Made by a program: the position numbers and the translations under genes
Shown: positions 20,778-30,476 of the stretch, one piece after another
Layout of the letters: each line of letters starts with the position of its first letter
Position numbering within the stretch: position 1 is the stretch's first letter
Assembly (NCBI GenBank): GCA_963790965.1
Contig: CAWBQO010000004.1
Span: 1,512 to 65,511, forward strand
Source: an uncultured Bacteroidota bacterium
Lineage (GTDB): Bacteria; Bacteroidota; Rhodothermia; Rhodothermales; DASSAV01
Length of the DNA stretch: 64,000 bases
Direction: 5' to 3'
Notes under the pieces: model-generated
The model's input: the letters and a program-made list of their open reading frames with translations, nothing else
What the model was told of the DNA's origin: nothing
Databases searched by the model: none

Positions 20778-22094
20778 GTGAATACAAAAATACTTGCCGC
20801 TTTCCTCGCCTGCCTCTCGTTCCTTCCCGCCGGCGCGCGCGCGCAATCCGCTGACTTCGTGGAGGTACGCGACGGAAAGTTCTTCATCGGCGACAGCGTC
20901 TACTATTACACCGGCGCAAACCTCTGGTACGGCATGAACCTCGGCTCGGAAGGGGAGGGGGGCGACCGCGAGCGGCTCGTGCGAGAGCTCGACCGGCTGC
21001 AGGCGCTCGGCCTCACCAACCTACGCGTCATGGCTTCGAGTGAAGGCCCTGCCACGGAACCGATGCGCGTCCACCCGGCTGTGCAGAACGAACCGGGCGT
21101 CTATGATGAAACCTTGCTGAAAGGCCTCGACTTTCTACTCGCAGAGATGGGCAAGCGCGACATGAAGGCGGTCATGGTGATGAACAACTTCTTCATGTGG
21201 TCCGGCGGCATGGCGCAGTATGTCAAGTGGGTGCAGGGGACGAACATCCCGTACCCCGGAATGGCGCAGGGCGGCGGCTCCTGGGATGATTTCCAGAGGT
21301 ACTCCGCGCGCTTTTACACGGACGAACGTGCGCAAAGGCTCTTCCTCGACTACCTCGATGCGGTGATCCACCGCGAAAATACGATAACGGGAACGCTCTA
21401 CCGCGATGACCCGACGATCATGGCGTGGCAACTCGCCAACGAGCCGCGGGGCTACGGCCAGAACGAAAGCTACCTCCGCTGGGTGGACAGCGCCGCCGGG
21501 TTCATTCAGATGATGGACCCCAACCATCTCGTGTCGCTCGGCGGAGAGGGCAAGATCTCGCCGTGGGGCGGGACGGAGTTTGAGCGCGTGAGCCGCTCGC
21601 CCAACCTCGACTACCTCACCATGCACCTCTGGGTGGAGAACTGGAATTGGTTCGAGCCTGAACTTCGGGAGGAGACCTTCGACGTGGCGATGGGAAAGGG
21701 TGTGGGCTACCTCGGCGATCACGTCAGCATCGCGAACGAGGTCGGCAAGCCGCTGGTGCTGGAGGAGTACGGGATGTCGCGCGACGGGGGTGCCTTCGGG
21801 GCGGAGGCAACGACGGCGCTTCGCGATCGCTACTACACGATCTTGCTCGAAGCAATCTTAAAACTCGCGCAAGAAGGCAATGTGATGGCCGGAAGCAACG
21901 TCTGGTCGTGGTCCGGCGAGGGCCTCCCGCGCGACCCGGGGCAAGCGTGGCAGGACGGAGACGATTTCACCGGCGATCCGCCGCACGAAAGCCAGGGCTG
22001 GTACTCGATCTACCAGGGCGACACGAGCACGCAGTCCCTACTCAGCCACTACGCGAAGGCGATGCGCGAAGTTGGCTGGGGCACGGCTGAATAA
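20778..22094 (+). CDS. GH5 (subfamily 7-like) beta-mannanase/exo-mannosidase
   Basis: GTG start, signal ...ARA-Q; GANLWYG, WSGGMAQY, YRDDPTIMAWQLANEPR, KPLVLEEYG, GDPPHE.QGWYS. Confidence 0.88.
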   Translation: MNTKILAAFLACLSFLPAGARAQSADFVEVRDGKFFIGDSVYYYTGANLWYGMNLGSEGEGGDRERLVRELDRLQALGLTNLRVMASSEGPATEPMRVHPAVQNEPGVYDETLLKGLDFLLAEMGKRDMKAVMVMNNFFMWSGGMAQYVKWVQGTNIPYPGMAQGGGSWDDFQRYSARFYTDERAQRLFLDYLDAVIHRENTITGTLYRDDPTIMAWQLANEPRGYGQNESYLRWVDSAAGFIQMMDPNHLVSLGGEGKISPWGGTEFERVSRSPNLDYLTMHLWVENWNWFEPELREETFDVAMGKGVGYLGDHVSIANEVGKPLVLEEYGMSRDGGAFGAEATTALRDRYYTILLEAILKLAQEGNVMAGSNVWSWSGEGLPRDPGQAWQDGDDFTGDPPHESQGWYSIYQGDTSTQSLLSHYAKAMREVGWGTAE

Positions 22095-22152
22095 CTTGCG
22101 GCGAGAATGCCGCCGGCCCATCGCGTGCCGACATATGAAACCTGAGACTCAA

Positions 22153-23907
22153 ATGATGAAGACGACGCTCCCCCTGCTGCTTCTGCTTTTCGTCGCAGCG
22201 TGTTCCACTTCCAGGCCCGACCCCGACACCCTCCAGGAGGGGGCCATTCACCTGAACCAGATCGGGTTTTATCCCGACGGGCCGAAGCAGGCCGTCGTGC
22301 AGGGCGCGGCCGAAGGTACGTTCGAGGTTATCGCCGAAAATGGAGAGCGCCGCTTTACAGGTCAACTCTCGTCAGAGGAAGCCTGGGAAATGTCGGGTGA
22401 ACGCGTTCGCGTGGCTGATTTTTCGGACCTGGATGTCCCGGGCGTCTACCGCCTCCGGGTGCCCGGCGTGGGCGATTCGGATCCGTTCGAGATCAAAAGG
22501 GCCGTCCTTTCGGACCTGACGAAAGGCATCTTGAAGGGCTTCTATTATCAGCGCGCATCGAGCGCGCTTCCGGAGGCATATGCGGGGCGGTGGGCACGCG
22601 CGGCCGGGCACCCCGACGACAAGGTCATGGTTCACCCGTCGGCGGCTTCTCCCGGCCGGCCGGCCGGCACGATCCTCTCGATGCCGAAAGGCTGGTACGA
22701 TGCGGGCGATTACAACAAGTACATTGTAAACTCGGGCATCACGACCGGCACGTTGCTGGCGCTTTACGAGCAGTTCCCTGCGTTCTTCGATTCGTTTAGC
22801 CTGAACATTCCGGAATCCGGCGGCGCAATGCCGGACTTGCTCGACGAAGCGCTCTGGAATCTGCGGTGGATGATGGCCATGCAGGACCCGGCCGATGGGG
22901 GCGTTTATCACAAACTCACGACCGCGAACTTCGAGGGCATGGTTCGGCCGGATCAGGCGCGCGCGCAGCGCTATGTGGTGCAGAAGAGCACGGCCGCTGC
23001 GCTCGACTTCGCAGCCGTGATGGCTCGGGCGGCGCGGGTTTATCGGGGCCGTGCAGGCGTGCCGGGCCTCGCGGACTCCATGCTTACTGCCGCGGCATCT
23101 GCCTGGGACTGGGCCGCCGCGAACCCGTCGGTGCCTTACCGGCAGAACGAGATGAATAGTCGGTTTGACCCGGACGTTGCGACCGGGGCCTACGACGACG
23201 AGCAGTTCGAGGACGAGTTCGCCTGGGCAGCCGCCGAGCTGTACGCGACGACCAAAGACGCCCGTTACCTCGACGGACACGACCCGCGCCAGATATCCCG
23301 GACCAGCGTTCCCTCCTGGGGCAACGTGCAGGCAATGGCCTTGATGGCGCTGCTCGACAATCGCGACGCCGTAGATGCCGGTTCGGCCGGTGCGGCAATC
23401 ACCTCCCTCGCCGACGAGCTTGTCCAAGCGCAGCGCGCATCCGCCTACCGAATGCCCTTTGGAGCCGGCCGCAGCGATTTCGCCTGGGGAAGCACGGCTG
23501 TCGCAGCGAACCAGGGTTTGATCTTGTTGCAAGCCTATCGTCTCACCGGCGACCAACGCTATTTTGATGCGGCGGTGGCAAATCTGGACTACCTGTTGGG
23601 TCGCAATCCCCTGAACCTGACGTTCGTGACGGGCTTCGGAGACCGCAGCCCCATGCACCCCCATCATCGCCCTTCCGTTTCAGACGGCATCGACGATCCC
23701 GTACCGGGTATGCTCGTCGGCGGCCCCAATCCGGGGATGCAGGACGCCGCGAATTGTTCGACCGCGTATCCGTCCAAGCTGCCCGCGCTGGCCTATCTCG
23801 ACAACGACTGCAGCTACGCATCGAACGAGATCGCCATCAACTGGCAGGCGTCGATCGCCTACCTCGCGGGCGCAATAGAAGCGCTGGAAGCAGGCGAGGG
23901 TATGTAG
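22153..23907 (+). CDS. GH9 endoglucanase with N-terminal Ig domain, lipoprotein
   Basis: Lipobox VAAC; NQIGF, GWYDAGDYNKY, YLLGRNP, HPHHR, SYASNEIAINW. Confidence 0.92.
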   Translation: MMKTTLPLLLLLFVAACSTSRPDPDTLQEGAIHLNQIGFYPDGPKQAVVQGAAEGTFEVIAENGERRFTGQLSSEEAWEMSGERVRVADFSDLDVPGVYRLRVPGVGDSDPFEIKRAVLSDLTKGILKGFYYQRASSALPEAYAGRWARAAGHPDDKVMVHPSAASPGRPAGTILSMPKGWYDAGDYNKYIVNSGITTGTLLALYEQFPAFFDSFSLNIPESGGAMPDLLDEALWNLRWMMAMQDPADGGVYHKLTTANFEGMVRPDQARAQRYVVQKSTAAALDFAAVMARAARVYRGRAGVPGLADSMLTAAASAWDWAAANPSVPYRQNEMNSRFDPDVATGAYDDEQFEDEFAWAAAELYATTKDARYLDGHDPRQISRTSVPSWGNVQAMALMALLDNRDAVDAGSAGAAITSLADELVQAQRASAYRMPFGAGRSDFAWGSTAVAANQGLILLQAYRLTGDQRYFDAAVANLDYLLGRNPLNLTFVTGFGDRSPMHPHHRPSVSDGIDDPVPGMLVGGPNPGMQDAANCSTAYPSKLPALAYLDNDCSYASNEIAINWQASIAYLAGAIEALEAGEGM

Positions 23908-24072
23908 GCTCGCCTGCTGGTCGATTCCACAAAGCCTCTGCGGCGGAAAAAGCCTCCGCACCGGCGGCAGAATAGAACAATCAAGTTGATTTGCTGTTTT
24001 AGCCGCCTGCCGATCATGCCCACGCGCTCTCCGGTACCCACCTCATGCTGCTCAGTTCACGCTAAATAGGCC

Positions 24073-26577
24073 ATGACCGACCAATACGCAGACGGTTCTT
24101 ACGGCCACTTCGATGATGACGCGCGCGAGTACGTCATCTCGCGCCCGGATACCCCATGGCCGTGGCTCAACTACATCGGACAAGAAGACCTGTTCGGTCT
24201 CTGCTCCAATACCGCGGGCGGGTACACGTTCTGGCGTGACGCGCGCATGCGCCGCCTGACCCGCTACCGGTACAACAACGTCCCCATAGACACCGGCGGC
24301 CGTTACCTTTACGTGCGGCATAACGGCAGCGTGTGGAACCCCGGATGGAAGCCCGTCAAGACGACGCTGGATCGGTACGAATGTCGCCACGGGCTTGGAT
24401 ACACGCGCATCGTGGGTGAGAAGGACGGCATCGAAGTGGAAGTGTACTTCTTCGTGCCGCTCGGAGAAACGACGGAAGTCTGGAAGGTGTCGGTGCGCAA
24501 TAAGACCGGCCAGCGGCAGGACGTTCAGCTATTCTCCTTTGCCGAGTTCTGCCTCTTCGACGCGCAGAATGACGCCACGAACTACCAGCGCACCTATTCT
24601 ATCGGTGAGGTGGAGGTTGAAGGCGGCGCGATCTATCATAAATCAGAGTTTCGCGAGCGGCGCAACCACTACACGCTCTTCGCCTGCACGCGCGCGGTAG
24701 AAGGATTCGATACCGACCGCGACGCTTTTATCGGGCTGCACAACGGCTTCCATGAGGCGCAGGTGCCGATGGAGGGCCGGTCGCGAAACAGCATCGCGCA
24801 CGGGTGGAATCCGGTTGGATCCCACGGCGTCGATCTCTCACTCGCGCCGGGCGAAACGTCGTCGTTCTCGTTCCTGCTCGCTTACGTCGACCAGGGCGAC
24901 GAGCCGACGTTCGAAGCACTGGGCGTGCTGAACAAAACGAAAGGCCGCGCGCTCGTCGCGCGTTTTTCCGAAGAAGGCGCGGTGGAACGAGCGTTCGCGG
25001 ACCTGCAGTCGTACTGGGACGGTCTTCTGGGCGGATTTCAGGCGCAGACGCCGAGCACGGACGCGAACCGGATGGCGAACATCTGGAACCAGTACCAGTG
25101 CATGGCGACCTTCAATCTCTCTCGTTCCGCCAGCTTCTTTGAAAGCGGGATCGGGCGGGGCATGGGCTACCGCGACAGCAATCAGGACCTGCTCGGGTTC
25201 GTCCACATGATCCCGGACCGCGCGCGCGGCCGTCTGCTCGACATCGCAGGGACGCAGCTTTCGAGCGGGGCATGCTTCCACCAGTATCAGCCGCTTACGC
25301 GCCAGGGCAACGCCGAGATCGGCGGAGACTTCTATGACGATCATCTCTGGCTTATCCTGAGCACGTGCGCTTATCTAAAAGAAACGGGCGACACGTCGAT
25401 CCTGGAGGAGCCGGTGGGTTACGCGGACACGCCCGGAAGCGGCGAGACGCTCTTGCACCACCTCGAGACCAGCATCGCGTACACGCTTTCACACCGGGGG
25501 CCGCATGGTCTGCCGCTGATTGGCCACGCCGACTGGAACGATTGTCTCAACCTGAACTGTTTCTCCACAGAGCCGAACGAGAGTTTCCAGACGGCAGGAG
25601 ACGTAGAGGGATCCTCAGCAGAGTCGGTGATGATTGCGGGGCTTTTCCTCTACGCTGCGCGTGAGATGAAGGGCCTTTACGAGTGGCTGGGCCGCGAGGC
25701 CGATGCCGGACGCATGGCCTCCCATTATGAGGGCATGCTACAAACCGTCGAGCGGGAGGCGTGGGACGGGGCGTGGTACCGCCGCGCGTATGATGCCGAG
25801 GGGCGGCCCGTCGGTTCCGCCGAAAATGAGGAGGGCAAGATCTTTATCGAGAGCCAAGGCTGGTGCGTGCTCGGAGGCGCAGGAGCGGACAACGGCCGCG
25901 CGCGGCAAGCGCTCGAAAGCGTTCACGAGCACCTCTTCACGCCCGACGGCATTCTGCTGCAGACACCGCCCTACCGCACCTACCATCCCGAACTCGGGGA
26001 GATTTCCAGTTATCCGCCGGGCTATAAAGAGAACGCCGGCATCTTCTGCCACAACAACACCTGGATCCATCTCGGGCTGTGCCTGCAAGGCATGGGCGAC
26101 CGCGCGTTCGAGTATTACTTGAGCATCTGCCCCTCTGCCCAGGACGACCCCGACACCTATCGCTGCGAGCCGTACGTGTACGCTCAGATGATCGCCGGGC
26201 GCGACGCCGCGACGCCGGGAGAGGCCAAGAACTCGTGGCTGACGGGCACCGCGGCATGGACGTTCGTTACCCTGTCGCAGGGCATCCTTGGCGTTCAGCC
26301 GCAGTACGAGGGACTCCGAATCGATCCGTGTATCCCCTCAGGGTGGGGCGGATTTACCGTGACGCGGCGGTTTAGAGGAACGGACTACCGAATCCGGGTG
26401 CGCAATCCCGACGGCGTCAGCAAAGGCGTTGCGCGGCTGTTGGTAGATGGAAAGGAGATGCGCGGGAATGAGATTCCTCTTTCGTCCAGCGAGTCAGTTG
26501 ATGTGGAAGTCGTCCTCGGAGCATCCACGCCGACGGTGCCGGAGCAGGATCAAATGGCCGACGTTCGCTTCGAATAG
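24073..26577 (+). CDS. GH94 cellobiose phosphorylase
   Basis: FDD..REYVI..P.TP.PW.NY, RRLTRYRYNNVP, GRGMGYRDSNQD, ADWNDCLNLNCFS..P.ESFQT, KENAGIFCHNN, KNSWLTGTAAW; no signal peptide. Confidence 0.9.
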   Translation: MTDQYADGSYGHFDDDAREYVISRPDTPWPWLNYIGQEDLFGLCSNTAGGYTFWRDARMRRLTRYRYNNVPIDTGGRYLYVRHNGSVWNPGWKPVKTTLDRYECRHGLGYTRIVGEKDGIEVEVYFFVPLGETTEVWKVSVRNKTGQRQDVQLFSFAEFCLFDAQNDATNYQRTYSIGEVEVEGGAIYHKSEFRERRNHYTLFACTRAVEGFDTDRDAFIGLHNGFHEAQVPMEGRSRNSIAHGWNPVGSHGVDLSLAPGETSSFSFLLAYVDQGDEPTFEALGVLNKTKGRALVARFSEEGAVERAFADLQSYWDGLLGGFQAQTPSTDANRMANIWNQYQCMATFNLSRSASFFESGIGRGMGYRDSNQDLLGFVHMIPDRARGRLLDIAGTQLSSGACFHQYQPLTRQGNAEIGGDFYDDHLWLILSTCAYLKETGDTSILEEPVGYADTPGSGETLLHHLETSIAYTLSHRGPHGLPLIGHADWNDCLNLNCFSTEPNESFQTAGDVEGSSAESVMIAGLFLYAAREMKGLYEWLGREADAGRMASHYEGMLQTVEREAWDGAWYRRAYDAEGRPVGSAENEEGKIFIESQGWCVLGGAGADNGRARQALESVHEHLFTPDGILLQTPPYRTYHPELGEISSYPPGYKENAGIFCHNNTWIHLGLCLQGMGDRAFEYYLSICPSAQDDPDTYRCEPYVYAQMIAGRDAATPGEAKNSWLTGTAAWTFVTLSQGILGVQPQYEGLRIDPCIPSGWGGFTVTRRFRGTDYRIRVRNPDGVSKGVARLLVDGKEMRGNEIPLSSSESVDVEVVLGASTPTVPEQDQMADVRFE

Positions 26578-26604
26578 GAATACCTGGGACAACCAATCGG
26601 ATCA

Positions 26605-28284
26605 ATGCACAGCCTCCTCACGCTCTTGCTTCTGGCCACGGCCGCTTCGGACAGCCTCTTTCTGGAGGCGGAATCGGCGCGGCTTGTCGGCACCGAAATC
26701 TCTACCGAGCGCCAGGGGTATTTTGGCGAAGGCTATGTGACCGGGTTCGATGCCCCCGAGGACAGCGTCGTCTTTTCAGCGACCGTTGACGCGGGCATCT
26801 ACGTGCTGTGGGCGCGGGTCTCGGCGACCGGGCGGTTCACGCCGCTGACGTTCAACGTCGATGGAGCCGAGTCCACGAGCTACATGCTCGGCACGGGCGC
26901 TGTATTTGCCTACCGCAAACACGCCGAGCAATTCCTGTCGGCGGGAATGCACCGAATAGCGGTAACGGGGACGATGGACCTCGACCGGCTGCTGCTCGTC
27001 CGCCTTCGGTATGCACCCCCTGAACCTCCGGCGTCGATGCTCGCAGATTCTGCGGCCACGGCCTCCGCGCGCGCCTTGTACGCTTTCATGCGGAGTGTTT
27101 ATGGAGAGAAGATCATTGCCGGGCAGCAGGATCTGACGGAAGTGCAGTATATCCGGCAAGTCACGGGCCGGGAGCCTGCCATCGGCGCTTTCGACCTCAT
27201 CGACTACTCGCCCTCCCGGGTGGCTTGCGGCACGCGCCCCGGTCGCTCCGTTGAAAACTGGATCGACTGGGCGGATCAGGACGGCATCGTCTCCCTCTCC
27301 TGGCACTGGAACGCGCCCACCGACCTGAAGGACGACGACTGCAACACGAGCAACAATGCGTCCGGCGAAGAATGGTGGAGCGGCTTCTACACCCGCGCCA
27401 CCACGTTCGACTTTGCCGCCGCACTCGCCGACACGACTTCGGAGCGCTACGACTTGATCCTGCGAGACATTGATGCCATTGCGGAGCAGCTAAAGAAGTT
27501 CGACAGGGCCGACGTTCCCGTACTCTGGCGGCCGCTCCACGAAGCGGCGGGCGGTTGGTTCTGGTGGGGAGCCCGAGGGTCGGAGGCGTACGTCAAGCTC
27601 TGGCGACTGCTCTACGACCGGCTCGTTCATCACCACGGATTGCACAACCTGATCTGGGTGTACACGCACGAGCCGAACGCCGCTGCCTGGTATCCCGGCG
27701 ATGACTATGTGGACATCGTTTCCCGCGACGTTTACGCATCGAGCCAGGCGGCCACCATGATAAGCGACTGGGATGACCTGCAAACGCTCTACGGCGATCG
27801 TAAGCTCATAGCGCTCTCGGAGTCCGGCACGTTGCCTGATCCAGAGGTCGTTACCGCCTATGGCATCTACTGGAATTACATGGCCGTTTGGAGCGGAAGC
27901 TTCATCCGCAACATCGACCGCGATTACCTGACGCGGGTGTTCAATAGTCCACTGGTCATCACGCGGGACGAGTTGCCGGCGTGGCGCTCTTTCGTTCTCT
28001 CAAGCGAAAGCCCGACGGGTGCCGAGGCGCTCAAGATCGAGATTTACCCGAACCCCGCCTCGTCGCGGGCGACGCTATTGGTCGCGCTCGACACGCCTCT
28101 TGCCGAGAATGCGACGGTGGAGATGTTCGACCTCTTGGGGAGGCGCGTCGAGCGCTTCACCATCGGCCCACAACCGGCCGGTGTGCTGCGGCTCACGGTT
28201 GACGTAAGCGCCCTTTCCTCCGGAGTGTATCTGCTGCGCTTGCAGCCCGGCGGCCGGACGGCTTCCCTCGTCATTGCGCGCTAA
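26605..28284 (+). CDS. CBM35-GH26 endo-beta-mannanase with T9SS CTD
   Basis: LEAESA.L...GYVTGF; SWHWNAP, LWRPLHEAAGGWFWWG, WYPGDDYVD, ALSESG; CTD IYPNP...FDLLGR...LSSGVYLLRL. Confidence 0.9.
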   Translation: MHSLLTLLLLATAASDSLFLEAESARLVGTEISTERQGYFGEGYVTGFDAPEDSVVFSATVDAGIYVLWARVSATGRFTPLTFNVDGAESTSYMLGTGAVFAYRKHAEQFLSAGMHRIAVTGTMDLDRLLLVRLRYAPPEPPASMLADSAATASARALYAFMRSVYGEKIIAGQQDLTEVQYIRQVTGREPAIGAFDLIDYSPSRVACGTRPGRSVENWIDWADQDGIVSLSWHWNAPTDLKDDDCNTSNNASGEEWWSGFYTRATTFDFAAALADTTSERYDLILRDIDAIAEQLKKFDRADVPVLWRPLHEAAGGWFWWGARGSEAYVKLWRLLYDRLVHHHGLHNLIWVYTHEPNAAAWYPGDDYVDIVSRDVYASSQAATMISDWDDLQTLYGDRKLIALSESGTLPDPEVVTAYGIYWNYMAVWSGSFIRNIDRDYLTRVFNSPLVITRDELPAWRSFVLSSESPTGAEALKIEIYPNPASSRATLLVALDTPLAENATVEMFDLLGRRVERFTIGPQPAGVLRLTVDVSALSSGVYLLRLQPGGRTASLVIAR

Positions 28285-28316
28285 AAAGGCCTGCTTGAAC
28301 GTCCGGTATCGCTTTC

Positions 28317-30458
28317 TCACTTCGCGTCGATGGTGGTCTCCAGGCGAATGTCCGCGGAGGACGCTCCGATGAGGAGGCGCACCGGACCGGCCTCGAATTG
28401 CCACCGGTCTCGGTCGGCGTCCCAGTAAGCCAGACCAGAGGCGCGGAGCGGCAGGACGATCTCTCGTGTCTCGCCCGGCTGGAGGCTAATCCGTTTGAAG
28501 CCGACGAGCGCTTTCTGTGGACGCGCGACCGCCGAATGCGGGAAGGAGGCGTAGAGCTGGACGACCTCGTCTCCTGCGCGGGTGCCGGTGTTGGTCAGGC
28601 GAACCTGAACCTGAAGGGTGTCCGACGCCCGCAGCGTACCCCTGTCCGTCGTGAGGTGTTCGTAGCGGAAGGTGGTGTAGGACAGGCCGAAGCCGAACGG
28701 GTAGAGTGGATCGCCGGCGTAGTAGCGATACGTGCGCCCGTCGAGGCTGTAGTCAAGACGGGGCGGCAGCTCGTCTTCGGACGTGACCCACGTATGGACG
28801 AGTCTTCCCGCAGGGTTGTAATCGCCGAAGAGCACGTCGGCCAGGGCGCTGCCCATCTCCTGACTGCTTTGCGCCATGTGAACGATGGCCGGAATGTTGT
28901 TCTGCGTCCAATTGATGGCAAACGGGAAGGAAGCGGCCAAAACAACCACCGTCTTCGGCTGCGCCCGTCGCACGGCCTTGATGAGCGACTCCTCGGGAAG
29001 CTGCAGGCTCTGCCGGTCGCGCGCCTCGCGTCCCCATGTCGGCTCGTCGCACTCAGCCCAGCCGGGATCAAAGCACGTCGGGTGGTTTCCCGCGACGACT
29101 ATGGCCAGATCGGACGCGCGGGCGAGCGCGACGGCAGCGGCCGTGTCGGCACCGGCGGCAAAGTCCACGCGCCCACGCCGTCCGGCCCGGGCGCGGATAC
29201 CTTCGAGCGGGGTGACGGCGTAAAGCGTGTCGCCGCTGTACCAGTCGAGCAGAACGTCGTCCGCAAAGGGGCCGATGACGGCGATGGAGCGCACGTCTGC
29301 GGCGAGGGGCAGGAGGCCGTCATTCTTGAGCAGCACGATGCTCTCCTGCGTTACGCGGCGGGCGGCATCGCGGTGGGCGGGGAGCGTCCATGGCTCAGGC
29401 TCCTCCCCGACACCGATGGAGCGGTAAGGCACCCGGTCAAGCGGATCGAGTTGTCCGAGCCGGATCATGACGCGGTAGACGCCCCGCAGCGTGCTATCGA
29501 TGTCGGCCTCCGTGAGCAGTCCTTCGTCGAGGGCCTGCTGGACTGGCTCCCGGTACTCGTCGAGGAACTGGTTGATGCCTGCCTTGATGCCCTCCGCCGC
29601 TCCCCAGGCCACGTCGGGGTAGAAGTCGTGATCTGAAACGAGCAACCGGAGTGCTCCGCCGTCGGTGCAGATGATGCCGTCGAGGCCCCACCTCTCCATC
29701 GTCAACTCGCGAAGGAGCGGGTGGACCATCATTGGCACGCCGTTGACGGCGTTGTAAGCGGCCATGTAGGCGTTCGCGCCACCCTCGAGGACGCCCATGC
29801 GGAAAGGCACCGCATAATACTCGTGCAGCGCGCGCTCGCTCAGGTTGGAGGAGCCGAACGTGCGCTCGTCCTCGTTGCTATTGGCGAGGAAATGCTTCAT
29901 CAAGGAGGCGGTGCGCCAGTAGCGCGGGTCGTCGCCCTGGAGGCCGCGCGTGAAAGCGGCTGTGAGGGTGCCCGCCAGGAACGGGTCTTCGCCGTAGCTC
30001 TCCTCGGTGCGGCCCCAGCGGGGATCCCGGGCGAGATCAGCGTTGGGGGCGCGGACGACCAGTCCCGCCCGCTGATAGCCGCTTTGAAAAAGATAGCGGG
30101 CTTCGTAGCTCTCCACCTCGGCGGCAAGGCGGACGGCGTCGGGATTCCACGTCATTCCGAGGCCGACGGCCTGGGGAAACTGGGTGGTTGGCACCGGATT
30201 CCGGCGACCCCAGTTGCTCGGGCCGCCCTGTGCCAGCCCGTGCAGCCCTTCCACATGCGGACTCCCGACGATGCCGAGTCTTGGAACACTCGGATTCGTG
30301 CCGAGCGCTTCAATCTTCTCGTCAAGCGTCATGCGCCCGAGCAGGTCGTCGATGCGCTGCTCCACGGGCACATCAGGGTTGCGGAAAGGCAGCGGCTGCG
30401 CCTGCGCGCTTGCGGCAAAGACGACGATCAGCAAAGAGAAGAGGGAAGAGCGCTGCAT
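28317..30458 (-). CDS. GH3 beta-glucosidase/beta-xylosidase with fibronectin III domain
   Basis: EGLHG, RDPRWGRTEESYGEDP, MKHF, ICTDGG, SIVLLKN, YPFGFGLSY, GDEVVQLY. Confidence 0.9.
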   Translation of the reverse strand: MQRSSLFSLLIVVFAASAQAQPLPFRNPDVPVEQRIDDLLGRMTLDEKIEALGTNPSVPRLGIVGSPHVEGLHGLAQGGPSNWGRRNPVPTTQFPQAVGLGMTWNPDAVRLAAEVESYEARYLFQSGYQRAGLVVRAPNADLARDPRWGRTEESYGEDPFLAGTLTAAFTRGLQGDDPRYWRTASLMKHFLANSNEDERTFGSSNLSERALHEYYAVPFRMGVLEGGANAYMAAYNAVNGVPMMVHPLLRELTMERWGLDGIICTDGGALRLLVSDHDFYPDVAWGAAEGIKAGINQFLDEYREPVQQALDEGLLTEADIDSTLRGVYRVMIRLGQLDPLDRVPYRSIGVGEEPEPWTLPAHRDAARRVTQESIVLLKNDGLLPLAADVRSIAVIGPFADDVLLDWYSGDTLYAVTPLEGIRARAGRRGRVDFAAGADTAAAVALARASDLAIVVAGNHPTCFDPGWAECDEPTWGREARDRQSLQLPEESLIKAVRRAQPKTVVVLAASFPFAINWTQNNIPAIVHMAQSSQEMGSALADVLFGDYNPAGRLVHTWVTSEDELPPRLDYSLDGRTYRYYAGDPLYPFGFGLSYTTFRYEHLTTDRGTLRASDTLQVQVRLTNTGTRAGDEVVQLYASFPHSAVARPQKALVGFKRISLQPGETREIVLPLRASGLAYWDADRDRWQFEAGPVRLLIGASSADIRLETTIDAK

Positions 30459-30476
30459 ATCCGGTGGGGCTTTTGC

